Origin: Narcine bancroftii
Lineage: Eukaryota
Length of the DNA stretch: 64,000 nucleotides
Direction of reading: 5' to 3'
Assembly: GCF_036971445.1 (NCBI RefSeq)
Contig: NC_091478.1
Coordinates: 35,030,001 to 35,094,000 of the forward strand
Below are positions 1 through 14,660 of the stretch, piece after piece. Below the pieces are notes generated by a model, which was not told the origin of the DNA, searched no databases, and saw only the letters and a list, made by a program, of their open reading frames with translations. Within the stretch, counting starts at the first letter, position 1. Every line of letters starts with the position of its first letter. Made by a program: the position numbers and the translations under genes.

Positions 1-3000
1 AGAAAGAATTGAATCAGGCAGTTACAGTTATTTTATGGAGAGGGAGAGAGAAAGAGATTGAGGGAGAGAGAGAGGAGAGCGAGAGAAAGAAAGAGAGATA
101 GAAAAGTATAGTTACCCATAATTAAATTCATCATAAAGACCCAAGGGTTGGAGAATGCACTGATGAAAAATTGTTTTTCCTCAATTTTACTTGACTCACA
201 CTTACTTCTCTTGTCCAGCCTCTTCCCACTTAGAACTGTGACAACTCTAATCCCTTCTACCACACAGTTTCTAGTTTCCTAATCCTAACCAATCCCTCAG
301 CACCTCCTTCCCAGACCAGGAAGATTGGGACCCCTTTGACCACTACTCTACTTATCCATTCACAATCAGATTTTTTATTGTTTAGTTGTAAACCTCTTTA
401 ATCTTGTGATCCATCTTAACAACTTTTTCTTAATTGGATAAAACACCAATGAACAGGTTGTTTTAAAAATCAAACTGTTATTTGTTTAAAAAGACTGGTG
501 CTCAAAATTGGACATCTGGCAGTATAACAAACATTAACAAACACTTGTTCCATTTGGATCAATACAGGTTGTACCTGGGTTATGAGTGCCTGCCCCGGGA
601 TACCTCTACAAACAAATTAGGTCCCATAATAGTATTAAATTCAATACATACATAATATGCTCCTGTCGACAAACAACAGAACGAGTTTCCATTCTCCACT
701 TTTAGTGATTGTTATTTTTCTCAGCTGTTTGTGCTTTTAATGCCATTCAGTAAAACATTGTGCAGGTTATGAAATGTTTTTTGTGTATTTTCTAATTGAC
801 AAAACCATTGTTTGCTGGGGACAGAATATACATGGACTGGAGCGCCATCAAGTGGTTGGAAAGTTTCTGTCCAAAAGTGCAGGAGTGAAGAGTGAAGAAA
901 CTATGTAAATTTATCTGTGTGGAGATCTCTGGGTATAGTATTCCAATTTTTTTTATACTCAGTTTCAATGAGATCAGTTGTTGATGAATTTTCTTAAATC
1001 TTTCTTGCAGAAGGGATTTCCCAGAATGTTGAGAGAAACACGAGAGGCTGCAGATGCTGTGATTGTAGTAATACCACCAAAATGCTAGAGGAACACAGCT
1101 GGTCTATTCAGCTTTCTGATTTTAACGTGAAGAAGGGCTCAGGCCCAAAACATCGGCAGTATATCTTGGTCTCCTATAGATGCTGAACAGACCAGCATTT
1201 CGGTGTTTTTTTTACCAGGATGTTGCTTGGATTAGATGGAATGAGCTAATTACAGGGGTTGAACAAACCTGGGTTGTTTTCTCTGGAGTGCAAGAGGCTG
1301 AGGTGAGAGCTGATCATTTTTTATCAAATTATGAGGCATGGACAGGGTAAACAGTCAGAACCAGGGTAAAAGTACCACATACAAGAGGATATACATTTCA
1401 GGTGAAGGTGGGAAGATCTTTCCTGGACCCAACATACTAATGGCATCATGAAGAATACACATCAGCACTCCTCAGGGGTTTGCGGAGGTTTGGTATGACA
1501 TCGGAAACCCTGGCAGATTTCTACAGATGTGTGGTGACCAGCTGCATCACAGTCTGATATGGGTTCACCAACGTCCCTGAGTGTAAAGCCCTGCAAAAGG
1601 TAGTGGACACAGCCCAGGACCTCACAGGAAAAATTCTCCCCACCACTGAGAACATCTACAGGGAACGCTGTGCTGGAGAGCAGCAGCAATAATTAAGGAC
1701 CCACACCACCCAGCACACATTCTGTTCTCATCGCTATCATCAGGAAAGAGGTCTAGGTCCCACAAGACTTGCACCGCCAGGTTCAGAAACACCTGCTACA
1801 CCTCCACCTTCAGACTCCACAACAACAAAGTGATCCATTTATGGACTCTTACTTTTGTACTTTATTGATTTTTTTTTTCTTTCCTTATTGCACAGTCTGT
1901 TTTATTTGTTTACATGTGGACATTGAGTACAATTTTTTTTTGCACTGCCAGTAGGTGGTAATTCTCCCTGGCCAACAGGAAAAAAAGAACCTCAGGGTTG
2001 CATGTTATGTCATGTATGTACTCTGACAATAAATCTGAAATCTCTGATGTTCAGGTCAAGTTTCCTTTACACAGAGAATGGTAAGTGCCTGGAAAGAGCT
2101 GACAGGCATAACAGTGGAAGCAGATATGAGAGTAATGTTTAAGAGGCTTCCAGATTGACACACTGATGCACAGGGAATGGAGGAATATGGATCATCTGCA
2201 AACAGAAGAGATTTTGTTTAATTTGGTATCAGGTTTGACACAGATATCATGAGCCAAAGGGCAGTTCCTGCACTGTGTAGTTTTTTTTTGTTTTATCTCT
2301 ATCATCCATTTCTTATAGAATGGGTTGAGCTAATGGAATGCACTGGTAGAAACTTTTATGAAAAGTTTATTGGTCTAAATTTCAGTTTCTAATGAAATTG
2401 CCTACTGTGACCATAGGATGTGGTGGGTATTCTCACTCATATGTAACTTGCATTAGCCTATGTAACATGTTCAGGTTAAGTCCTGTAGACCTTCTTTTGT
2501 AATTTAATCAATCTGTGAGAGCCAATGTGTTGTTCACCCTGAGTTGTAAGGTGCTTTAATTGACCTTTAACCTTTTTGCAATTCTAAGCGGTGGGAAAAA
2601 AGAGCAGCGTGTAATAAAGTTGGACTGCAGGGAAATGGGGGTGATGGGCAGATTATGCACACATTTTAATTCAAAAATGAATAGGCAAATAAACATATCT
2701 GAACAAAGTGAAGGGAGGAACTTTTAGGAGATAACAGGGGTACGTTTTTTACACTGAGAATTGTGGGTGCCTTGAATGCTTTGCTAGCTGTGGTGGTAGA
2801 GGCTGGACAACAGGGGCAATTAAGAGACTCGGAGACAGTCACATGGATAAAAGAAAAATGGAGGGTTATAAGGTTGAGAGAGTTTTGGGGTTTTTTTTGA
2901 TAGGCATTTACAGGTCGGAACAATAGGGCCTGTAGTGTGCTGTAATATTCATGTTCTATATATGTTCTATGTTGTAAATACTGGTGTGCCTGATTCTGTA

Positions 3001-3798
3001 GCCTGTGGTGGTGTATATCCCAATATAACTCATCTGCATGAATAAAACAGAGAGTGATTGCACAGTCACCAAAAGTGATCCACTGATCCTCTTGCAGCCA
3101 CCTGCCCTCTAATTCTGCAATCGGGTTCCTTGTTCAAAACCTCTGGATCCAGATTACCCACTAGAAATATTTTGGCATGCAGTAGCTGGCAAGGAAGACT
3201 TCCTCCCTGGTTGGATTTATGGGCAGCATCTTATCAAGGCAGAGGTAACTCTGTTTTGGCAGATTGGAAGCTGACAGATGGGGCCACAAACTTAGTGAAG
3301 GGAGCAGGGGTGTGCATTAAGCAGCGAGGTTTCTTTTGTTGTGACTTGTTTCAAGCAGATTATATCTATGCGTTTTAAGAAAATTCTATGTGCTATATTA
3401 AATGAGTTGAGCTGAAGAGCATGTTTCATGCTATATGGGGTTCTAGGGAAGAGATAACAGTGTCATGATGTTTGATAGGAGACCAGCAGATGATACTGTA
3501 ACAGATCAGTCTACCTAATGGGGATGACGACATCAGGAGATTTTTCAAGGTGTGTTGAATATTAGAAAGCAGGTTAGAATGTTATAAACAGCTTTGTATC
3601 GATGCTGATTTCAAATGACACTGAAAGAGAATAAACAGGTGGACTCCATTTAAAAAGTATAGCCACGAAAGGCAACAATTTCTAGATTATAACCAAATCC
3701 ATGCATATTAACATAGCTTAATGTAGTGTACGTGTTTACAGTGGTTTTGCAGTTAAAATACAAGACCAGAAATCTAGAGGCCTGGAGAAAGGACAATA

Positions 3799-4300
3799 CA
3801 GTCATGCACTGCATAACATTCGTTCAGGCAACGTCTGACCGCATATATATCTGTGGTTCGAAAAGGTTATAATAGAGTTTGGAAATCCTGAATGGAGGAC
3901 GGGAAGTTATGGACATAACTGGACACAGCAAATGCAACAGCTTCATGCACGCAACACGTGTATCTCATGTCTCACCCAACATTATGGTAGCCCTGCAAGC
4001 TCCAATTGTGCTAAGTACAAATTACATATTAGCCTTTATAAAAGTAATGTATATTACAATATATTATTATATTGTGTATACAGTATTGTACAGTATTAAC
4101 CTACTTAACCCAAATATTACATGGCCAGATACATCAGCTGAAATACAGTACAGTATGTGTACAGTATCTTGGCTATGTAGTCAATACAGGTACTCTACAA
4201 TATCTTTGCTAACTATAGAATATGGTGTTCACACAACATCCAAATTGCATAACGTCCTATTTCACAAAAAGTATCATGGATGTTCAGCGACACGTGATTG
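3799..4300. mobile_element. Tc1/mariner (Tigger3-like) non-autonomous element
   Basis: TA-flanked degenerate TIRs CAGTCATGCACTGCATAAC / GTTCAGCGACACGTGATTG. Confidence 0.65.
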
Positions 4301-5370
4301 TACTGATTTGATTGAGGAAGGTTGAGAGGAGGCTCAGTCACAGATAAACATCAGATTTAATGGTCTGTGCTAAATAGCTGATTTGCACTCTGATGTGTTT
4401 TCAATTATACTTTACACTTTAAACGGAGGCAAAACCACAGATTCGAGAAAACTGTTCAGTTGAGGTTTGAGCCAAATAGTAAAACCAAGTTTTAGGTTTA
4501 TGAGGAGAATATCTAAACAGATGAATCGTAGAATTAGTCTCTAACATATTGGGTGCCACATTTGAATAACCTATTCTCTTGAATTCTGTCTCATGTCATG
4601 CAGAGGGTTTGTACTCCATTGTGTCTGGTTCTCATCTACTGCTGGGAGTAATGTGCTAAGGACAAGTAGGACAAGCTACTAGTCAAGTTAGACAGCACAG
4701 AAGAGTGCAATGTGGACCACTGGCAACATTAGATTTGCAGCTATATCTACTTATCTGCTCTTCCAGATACGCCAATGTTTTGAGAGTCCTTGTGTGAGAA
4801 GCAGAGGTGCCTTCACAGTTTTCACTCGAGACAAAAATTGAGAAGAAAGAACATTTATTTTACAACAATGCAAAGTTGGGTGCTTCCCCTTACCCTGGGA
4901 ATACACACACATACTGGGGCTTACCCAATTTTTTATACATTCCATTTCAGTACAGAAGTACCTTCCCCCTTAACATTCTAATGCCTCCTGGATTGGTTTA
5001 GCATTAGATAATTCTGCCTACGTGTATTCTAACTTCTTATTAGTTTATGTGCCTTTCTGCAAACTTGTTTACCAGGAAGTGTCATGTCTTTGTTCTTACT
5101 TATTAATCAACCCCCAGGACTTGCTAAATCTATCTACTTGCTATCCTGTTTTTGAAAACCCCTATTTTATTATACTTGCTTAACCCTTCCTCACATTTCA
5201 TTCTTACTTCACCCTTATTTAACCCATCATAATTCATTCTTAATTAGCACTTGCTTGACTCCTCACATTCCATTATCCCTTACACTTGCCTCCACCATCC
5301 CTTGAGATTTCTCTGTGTACAACCACTATCAGTAGATTTATCTCTAAAGCCATCCACTAAACAAGGGATT

Positions 5371-5476
5371 TGCTGCATTATGTCCAGGCATGGGTGACAT
5401 GGAAACACACCTCGGAGACCTGCTGCATTATGTCCAGGCATGGGTGACATGGAAACACACCTCGGAGACCTGCTGC
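5371..5476. repeat. Perfect 50-bp tandem duplication
   Basis: TGCTGCATTATGTCCAGGCATGGGTGACATGGAAACACACCTCGGAGACC twice, then TGCTGC. Confidence 0.95.
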
Positions 5477-6769
5477 CTCTCTGCTCCAGTAATTTGGGCA
5501 TGATCTTGACCACCTGCTCTGTCTATATCTAGTTTGCGTGTTCCTCCTGTGACCACATGGCCTTGCCCAGGGCTCTAGTTACTTCACACAACTTGCAGGT
5601 TGATGCATTAATTAGCCACTGTAAAAATGCCCAGGGTGTGTAGTGGGGCGGGCTATATAGAATCTGGAATGAATTGATAAGGAATGTGGAGAAAATAAAA
5701 TGAGGTGAGTATTCAGGAGTGTCTGCTGATTGGCATGCAGTCAATCGTCTGAGTAATCTGTTTCCGTGCTGAAAGACTTGACAGAAGCCACTTTATCAGG
5801 ATTCCACTCAATTAGTTTGTGTCTGGAACTCACACCTTCCACAGTCTTGACTGATGATTTTGAACTTAGTAAAGTCTAAAGATGCCCAACACTTAGTCAA
5901 CTGTGGTACATGGTTATCAAATATTCCATGTACATTTTCTACAGTGAGCAGGGAATTGTACTTTGACCCTATTGATTCTGTTTGCATATTTATTAATGAC
6001 TCATTGGGACTCCCATCAGCGCAGTAAAAAGCAGTGACGTTCAGCCAGTCCATTAGCATTGCTGCATGTCGGAATCTCTGTCCTCTCACGACAGTACACG
6101 GAGTGGTGCAGCGAAGGAGAAGACTCCTTATTCACCGCCAGCACCTGCCACTCAGAGGAAACATTTCAACTTAAGAACAATTTAGTTTGGGAGGACAAAA
6201 TCAACTTGAGGATAAAATCCCTCAAGTCAAGCATTTTATCAAAAAAAGAACACGCAAGTATGTAATGGGACATTCGCTGTCAAATGACAATGAGTTCATG
6301 TCATCTTTAATGTATACAGTATATGCACCAAAATTCTTACTTGCTACAGCAAAACTGGAACTTTGTCAAAGAAAACAATAACAAAGATTACGCATTAAAT
6401 CGGGTTAAATTAAAAGGAGAGAATAAATATTTATGCCGTAGTTACCATGGTGCAAGAAAAATGGCATAACAATACTCCACATAGTCCTTTTTTGTGATGT
6501 CAGTCTACAACTACTATCAGTAGATTTATCTTATAAGACTATAAGACTTCGGTACTGCACACATGCAGGCAAATTTCTGACTTATGTCCATAAGGTACTT
6601 ATGATTGCTGTGGTAAGGGGAGGTTTAGTAGACTGATAACCATTGGAAGGAAATGGGTCCAGCATCTAGATTTCAGGTTTCTGTGCTTTCTTTCTAAAGA
6701 AAGAAAAGGTTGTGGTCAGGGTGATGGGGATAGTTTAGGATGTTGGCTGTCATCTTTTTATTGTAATAT

Positions 6770-7660
6770 TTTATTCATCATTTTAAGTGTATTTAACCAT
6801 CAACAATCATACCAAATACAAAATATCAAGAAATCCCCTCCCTCTACCTCCTCCCCTCTATACAAGTCCAATTAAACAGAGAAAGAATGAAGAAAAAGAA
6901 AAAAAAAATCATCCCAATGTCTGTGCATACAGTAAAACATATGGAGACATGATAATGCCACAGAGGTCTACTGGCTAGCCAGTAGCAATCGTAACCCTAT
7001 ATTGGCACCAGTGAGGTACTTATATGCTCTAAATAAGGCTGCCAGATTTTTTAGTAAGATGTTATATCCCTTCCTGAGATTGTATGTGACCTTTACAAGT
7101 GGAATGCAACTCTTCAACTCTGAAGACCACCTATCCATGAGTAGCTGGGAGTCAGACTTCCACGTTACAGCTATGCATTTCCTGGCCACACATAAGGCAA
7201 TTTCTGTGAATTTAATTTGAGAATTAGTAATCTACCAACCGGGGTAAAGTTCCCCAGAAGACAAAGCTCTGGGTCTACTGCGAAGGTGACTCCCGTGATC
7301 TTGGTTAGGGTGTCACAGAGGACATACCAGAAGGGCCTCTCCTTTGTGCAAAGCCGGGTAGAATGTAAAAAGGAACCTCCCTCTGCACCACACCTAAAAC
7401 ACATCTCTCTGATAATTCAGGTTTATATTGGTGTGATTTCTGTGGGTTGAGGTACAGCTGATGGAGAAAAATATAATAGACCAATCTATACCTGGCATCA
7501 CTAGTAGCCACAAACTTCTGAGACATAGATCTGACCTGAGTTGTTCATCAATTGTTATGTTTAGGTCTGACTCCTATCTCACCCTAGACATATGCAAACC
7601 TGGCTTTGGGGTTTCACTCAACAATGAAAAAGTTCATTCTAGAAATATTTGGCTGCCATC
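6770..7660 (-). mobile_element. Degenerate L1/Tx1 LINE 3' fragment
   Basis: MCFRCGAEGGSFLH and ARKCIAVTWKSD motifs. Confidence 0.8.
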
Positions 7661-10600
7661 TTGAGATGGCTCCCTACATAGATGTCTTCACTGGATGGGA
7701 GGTCAGAGCCTAAGATGGACCTGCCTATTTTTGCTACTTTCTACAGTTTTCTGCTTTTCTGTGCATTTGAATTGGCAAACCGGCTGTGATATAACCTGTC
7801 AGTATGCTTTCCTCAGAGTATTCAACGACATGCCAAATCTTTTCAGACTTTAGCTAGTTGAGGCATGCCTTCTCCATGGTTGCCTTTATATGCTGGCTCC
7901 AGGAGAGGTCTTCTACTATATGGACTCCCAAGAACTTAGGATACTAACCCTCTCCACCAGCATCCCATCAATGCAAGACAGCTGCCTTAGGGCACTTAAT
8001 TCTTGTGCATGCACTCACCAAACTCCAATACATGAACCATATGCCAACTGATGACACGGACATGCGCTCAGGAGTCAAGATAGCCATGCCCAGCCTAAGG
8101 ATGCCAGGATCCTGGGACACTGACTAACAAGATAAGCATGGACCAGGATGTGGAAAGATTCGCTAAGGTTGATCGATGAATTCGGGAAGCTTTAAATTGT
8201 TATCATCAAATCTACAATGAAAAAATTATTTGATTAAAAAGTTTACTTTAAGACTTCGGTACTGCACACATGCAGGCAAATTTCTGACTTATGTCCATTT
8301 CGAGATACGACTGATCCTACAGTCCCAATTACGGTCGTAAGTTGGGGAGTACCAGTAATCACCTTGGTCTTGGTGATGTTGAGTGCAAGATTGCTGTTCT
8401 AGCACCACACAACCAGACTCTCTCTCAACTGTACTGACTCATCATTTCCAATTATTTACACAGATGTGGATTCGGCACTGTGACTACCTCCGATGCTGGC
8501 TTAAAGATGGAACAACAATGACCCCCCCCCCACAACCCCATTCTGTGTCTGTACCTTTTACACAGAACGGCATGGCGCAATGTTCCTGGCTTGAAGAAGC
8601 TGTGTAAAAGGAGCTATAGATTTAATTGTAGAGGGACCAGATCCCTCAATTTGGTCATGTTTTGCGGGTATGATGATGTTGAACACCAAGCTGTAGTCAT
8701 TGAACAACAGCTTCACAATGAGATTCTTGTGGTCCAAGTGATTTAATGTCGAATGAAGGGCCAACAAAATGGCATCTTGTGATGACGATAGGTGAATTGA
8801 AGTGGGATTAGGTCCTTATTTATTTATCTGTCCACACTATTACAGCGCCAGTGATGCTCTATCTGTGAGGAGTTTGTATGTTCTCCCCGTGTCTGCAGAG
8901 GTTTCCTCCAGGGGCTCCGATTTCCTCCCATCATTCAAAAAACATACCGGGGGTTATAGGTTAACGGGGTGTAAATTGGGCGGCATGAAGCTAAATGGCC
9001 TGTATGTCTAAATGTAAATGTACCTGTAAGGCTGCAGCAAATAAGAATTTCCATTCATATGTTCATTGTGGACGATACACACATTGTCATTAGTTCCCTG
9101 AAAGGGGCTAATTAGATAGATACAGAGGTGAAGGAACCATGTGGAATTCTTTCTTTCATTGGTTAGGCCACAGATTATATCACAGTCCGTTGTAACTTAA
9201 CAAATACCAGTTGTAGACAACTAGACTATTGTGTGCTCTTCTTATTGCCAAACAATAAGTGTGATGGCTGTTGTAGTGAATGCAGAGGAGATTTACCAGC
9301 ATATGGCCTGGATTAGAGGAGTTCTGTTATGAGGGAGCTTGATAAGGCTGGGTTTTGTTTTCCCTGGAGTGAAGTAGGCTGAGAAGTAATCAAATTATTA
9401 GGAGGCATAAATGGTGTCAGTCAGACTCTAGGTTTATGAAAATCAGCAAGTCCTAGTTTAAGGTGAGAAGAAGGACTTTGAAAGAGGATCTGAGGGGGAA
9501 GTTTTTCCTTGCACAGAAGGTAGTCGATATCTGGAACTCACTGCCAGTGGAGGTGGTAGGAGTCAGACACAATCATTATCTTTAAGAGGCCTTTAAACAG
9601 ACATTTAAATGGACGAGCCATAGACGAGATTAGTGCAGAGGGGGAAAAGGGCAGCAAAAAATGGATGTGCTGGGCCAAAAGAGCTGTTCCTAAGCTGTAC
9701 AACTTTGTGACTCTAAATAGACATCTAATACTTCCCTCGGTCTAATGGAATATTGAGCACAAATGATTTAATATGAGAAAGACGTTGCATCCTTTCAAAG
9801 GTGTCTATCTTTGAATAGGATACTGTGATTCTCTAAAGTCTATGAAAGGAACGAGCCTTGGTGAATGCACTAATGTAAGCAGGTGAAAGATCACAAACAA
9901 TGGGTTATTAACTGAGGTAACATTATTATTGTAAAAGAGCTATTTGCTAAAGGGCTGTGATATTCATCAATAATGCATATCCATGAAGGTCTACTTCCTT
10001 GCTTGGTGATCGGTCATATCTTTAGAATCCGCCAGACCATATTTTCTACACCACCAATAACTAAAACTACAGGGGATGAGAGGTGAGAAGTTACAATCAA
10101 ATCTACTTGTGTCGGATGTGAATGTTAGTTTAAATTTCTAACAGTGAAACAGAGATGTTGCAATGTTTCTTCAAAAGGGAAAATTACGACTTTTTGTAGC
10201 AAAATATGGAATGTGATTTTTTTTAAAGTGCATCAAAGCAGATTTCTATTGTACATTTCTAAAGGGTACTTGAAGTCGTGATTGAAAAGGAAGATTGACA
10301 TAGCTATGGTGGAAAGATTAACCCATTGTTATTAACCCAGAAGAATGAATCTGTGGAGCCTGTGATTCAGCAATGAGACATGCATCTGCAATAATGGGAC
10401 CTTCTGCTCATGTGCACTATTTTAAGGGAGAAATTTATTGGTAGAAAGCTTAGAAATTGTCAAGTAACAAAATAAAATAAAGGCTGCAAAGCTAATATTT
10501 ATTTCTTTGATTTAATTTTAAATTGTAATTGAGAGTAACAACTTGAATCTGGCCTGGAGTTATCAGAAAGCTTAAATCATTCCTCTATCCATTGGCATAG

Positions 10601-10669
10601 TAAATCGAGCATAGTTCCTTTTCCACTTGTTCTCCCTTGCAGTGTACATCAGCTGCATCAAACTTTAAC

Positions 10670-11900
10670 TTTTTAAATTTTTTAATCAACGTGAAGTTAC
10701 AAAACAAACAAGATCAAAGTAACATCACAGATATATACAGTAAAATACCAAAACTGAACTACATGTTGATACACAAAGAAGGAAGAATTAACACATTATC
10801 ACAATTATCGAATTCTGCACTAGTGTTTACAAATACAAAATTACACACCCTGCCGATCCTTCAAAGAAAAGTAGGAAACAAACAAGAAAAGAGGAAAAGA
10901 GAAGAAAAGAGAAAACTCCCCTCCCCCAAAGAAAAAGGAGTAATTCTCCTATGTGATGTGACAAAATCATCTGTTTTCTAAAAGCATTAATTAGATACAG
11001 ATGAAACGTTCTGTGATTTATCTAGTGCTTACTTTCTCCTTTAAGGGATAAATGTCTTGATATGGACATCACAAGGGATACTGGAGATAATGGTTTTGGA
11101 GACTGGAGGGGGGGGGGGGATCATCAGAGGTTAACCCCCGCATATCTTCAATTTGGGTTCCATATTCTTAAAAGCATGTTGTAACATTTTCTGAGGTTGT
11201 AAATAATCTTCTCCACATCTATGTATTTCTGACTTCCAGTGGGTCAGAGTCAGTTGGGAATCAGATTTCCAAGTAATGGCTATACATTTCCTGGCCACCG
11301 CTAAAGTGAGTTTAACAAATTTCCACTGATATTTCGACATCCTCATTTTATGTCTTATATCTGTTAATTTCCCCAATAAAAAAACAAGAGTATCGAATTC
11401 TGGTCATTTGTTCCAGGAGATTTCCCTCAATCTTCTCTGAAGGATATCACCTTAGGGCATGACCAGATTGGATACAAAAAGGTCCCTATATCTTGACCGT
11501 CTCAAAAGCATAAATTGGACAATTCAGATTTAAATTTATTTAATTTTTGCAGAGTAAGGCACAGCTGATGCAAAAAAAATTATATTGCACCAGCCTATAC
11601 CTTCCATTAATTGTATTGTTTATGCTGACCCGACACAGGTCACATCAGCAAAATGGATCAATTTCTAAACCCAAATCTGATTCCCATCTCTCCCTTGACC
11701 TATCTAGGCCTTGGTTAGGGGCTTCCACCTGAAGTAAGAAATACATTTTTGAGATAAATTTCAAGCACTGACCTTACTGCAATGTACTGAAATAGAGACT
11801 CTGATATAAAAAGGGGATCACAAAGAAATTTATCTCTTGCTTGTGCTATCTTAAAATCAAAATATGGTTGACAAATCCATTTATATAGTGGAAATGTTAA
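10670..11900 (-). mobile_element. Degenerate L1/Tx1 LINE 3' fragment
   Basis: LAVARKCIAITWKSD motif plus 3'UTR and A-rich tail. Confidence 0.78.
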
Positions 11901-12029
11901 TCACGGAATTTCAAACAAATGAACTTCACCCGGCACATACTGAGAAATGTAGAAGTTAAAGGTGTATGGCATTATCCCACACATGGCAAATGCGATTTTT
12001 TTTTGGTGAGGTCATTTGTGAAACATAAA

Positions 12030-13090
12030 CAACAGCAGATGCTGGAATCTCAAGTAAACAGAGAGGCAGGGAGTGAAATGGACAATCAATGTTTTGGGTC
12101 AGAACAGTTTTGTTAGAAGAAGGTGGGAAGGAGCGATGGCGAGCATGAAAAGGAAGGGAGCAAATGCTGGAAAGGGACCAATCAGATCCTGGAAAAATGA
12201 AGGTGGGAGCAGTGGATTGGGAAACAGGTAGGGGAGGATTCCACTGTAGGGGAGTGATGGGACTTGAGAGAAACATGAGTACTGAAATGGGCTACGAAAT
12301 TGAGGTAAAAGACAGGTGGAAATAATGAAACCACATAGCGTTGGTGGGGGTTTACCTGACATTGTAAAATTCAAAGTCCATGCCATTTGGTTCGAGGCTA
12401 CCCAGGTTGTTCTTCAAGTTCATATTTAGCCTCATCAAGGCCATCAATGAGGCTAAAGATAGTCAGTTTTGTGTGGGAATAGTGAAAGGAATTAAAAAGG
12501 CTGGCCACTGGTCATTCCAGTCAGCATGCAAGGGTAGAGATCCAGTGTTTGACAAAATGGTCACTCAATCTGCGCTTGGTCTCACTGATGTAAAGGAGGC
12601 TACACTGAGTGCAACCAATGCTATAGATTAAGTTAGACAGGATGCATGTAAAAATACTGTCTTACCTAGAAGGTCTTTTTATGGCCCTGGATGGAAGTGA
12701 GGGGAGAGGTGCAATGACGTGTTCCAGGAGATGAGTAAGTGGGTGAAAGAATGAGTGGGGAGTGAAGAGTGAATCAGGGAATCATGGAGAGAAAAGCAAA
12801 AATGGGCGGTGAGATGAGGCTGGTGGTAAGAACATTGTAGTTGGTGGAGATGAGGAAAATGAAGTGGAGTGTGATGGGGTGAAAATTGAGGATCAGGGGA
12901 ACTCTTGTTCAGTCTGGGAGGATGGGGGAGTAAGAGAGTCCATGAAGTGGGAGAGATATGGTAAGGGCTTTATCAATGACCTCCCCTCCAGAGGTAACTT
13001 TTTTTGAAGAAGGAGGACATTTCATTTGTTCTGAAATGAAAAGAAACATTTCCAGTGAAGACTGAAAGGTATAGCATCCTTACAGGGTGG
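12030..13090 (-). mobile_element. Degenerate Penelope-like element
   Basis: Decayed similarity to the 14835-15750 element (PLE endonuclease-like region and purine-rich end). Confidence 0.55.
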
Positions 13091-13214
13091 GAAGAGGTGT
13101 AGTCTTGGAAGCCGTGGGAGTGTTGTGGAATAAGTGAACATGGAAATGGGAGAAAAACCACCTGCTTTTCATTCATTCATGTCATAATTTGTGAACATCT
13201 GAGCAGATCTTGGT

Positions 13215-14100
13215 TTCAAGTCGTGTTTATTGTCATCTGATGGCACAAGTGCAACCAATGAAACAGCGTTCTCCAGTTCTCGTGCAAAATACAACCAGAC
13301 ATAACGCAGACCAATAATACATAAGCAGGACAAATATTCATATATACATAAATAAATAAATATTGCTTTGCAAGGATGAGAGTCTCAGATGGTTTGTGTG
13401 AGCAGTTCCTTTTCGTTCAACATTCTCACTGCCCATGGGAGAAGCTGTTTCTCAGCCTGGTGGCGATGAATCTGATACTCCTGTATCTCTGTCTGACGGG
13501 AGCAGCTGAAAAATGCTGTGTGCAGGGTGGAAGGGGTCCTCAATGATTTTGAACGCCCTCTTCAGACAATGATTCTAGTCAATCACATCAAGTGGGAAGA
13601 GGAGGAGGGAAGAGAGACCCCAGTGATCCTCTCTGCCACTCTTATGGCCCTGTGGATTGACATCTTATCCATTTCCCTGCAGCAACCGTACCTCACTGTG
13701 ATGCAGCCAGGCAGGACGTTCTTGATAGAGATCCTGTAGAAGGTTGAAATATTGGTGGATGGTAGCCTTGCCTGCTTCAGTTATCTTAGGAAGCGCAGTC
13801 GCTGCGGCACCTTCCTGAGAAGTGAGGAGATGTTTTGTGCCCATGATGGGTCACTAGTTGAATGAACTCCAAGGAACTTGGTGCTTTCCACTACAGTTAT
13901 TGAGGTACAGTGGAGATTGGTCATTCCTGGTCTTCATGAAGACCATGATCACCTTCTTCGTTTTATCCACATTGAGCCTCAGGTTGTTCGTCTCGCACCA
14001 CATTACGAGATTTCCCACCTCTTCTCTGGAGTCAGATTCATCGTTGTTGCTGATGAGGCCAATGACCGTTGTGTCATCTGCAAACTTGATGACACCATTA
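13215..14100 (-). mobile_element. Rex1/Babar-type LINE 3' part
   Basis: IKFADDTTVIGLISNNDES..REEV..L..WC..NNL.LNVDKTK motif. Confidence 0.85.
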
Positions 14101-14430
14101 AGGTTGGATCTGAAGGAAGGCAGAAGGATGTAGGAGTCATTATGAACAGTGAGGTGACTATGGATAATTGTAAACAGAGTTAACATTTCAAATTAATGAT
14201 TGTCAGAGTTCTACTGAAAGGTCATAAACCTGAAGAGTTAATTCTGTTTCTCCCTCCAATTTCCAGCATTTTCTGTCCTAACTCAAGATTCTTGAATAAC
14301 ATCCCGCACATTATATTCCTATTTCAGCTGAATATTAATGTGATCTTGATGAGTAGGTTGATAGATTCATGCTATCCTGTTTCCTTTTCAGTTAAACTCC
14401 CCATTCATAGCTTTCTTGCCAGATCATATG

Positions 14431-14660
14431 TGTAGGGCTAGAGTGCTACCACCAGGAGGCGTCAGAGATGGAGTGTGTAGCATCTGGGGAATGTTGCATG
14501 TTGCGAGTGCTGTTGCACCTTGGGTAGATTCAAGAGGGATGCATCCACATGAGGTCTGGCATGAGTATGTTCTGTCCTTAGTGTTGTTTGATTAGATAAT
14601 AAATCTAGTTGTTTTTAAAAGAAAGCCAAGTTTCTTTATTGTAATAAAAGAAACATCACA
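14431..14660 (+). mobile_element. Solo LTR (230 bp)
   Basis: TGT...ACA termini, internal AATAAA, 5-bp TSD ATATG on both sides. Confidence 0.8.

Noticed and set aside
3879-4325. 148-aa ORF
   Set aside because: Lies inside an AT-rich Tigger-like element; no protein motif.
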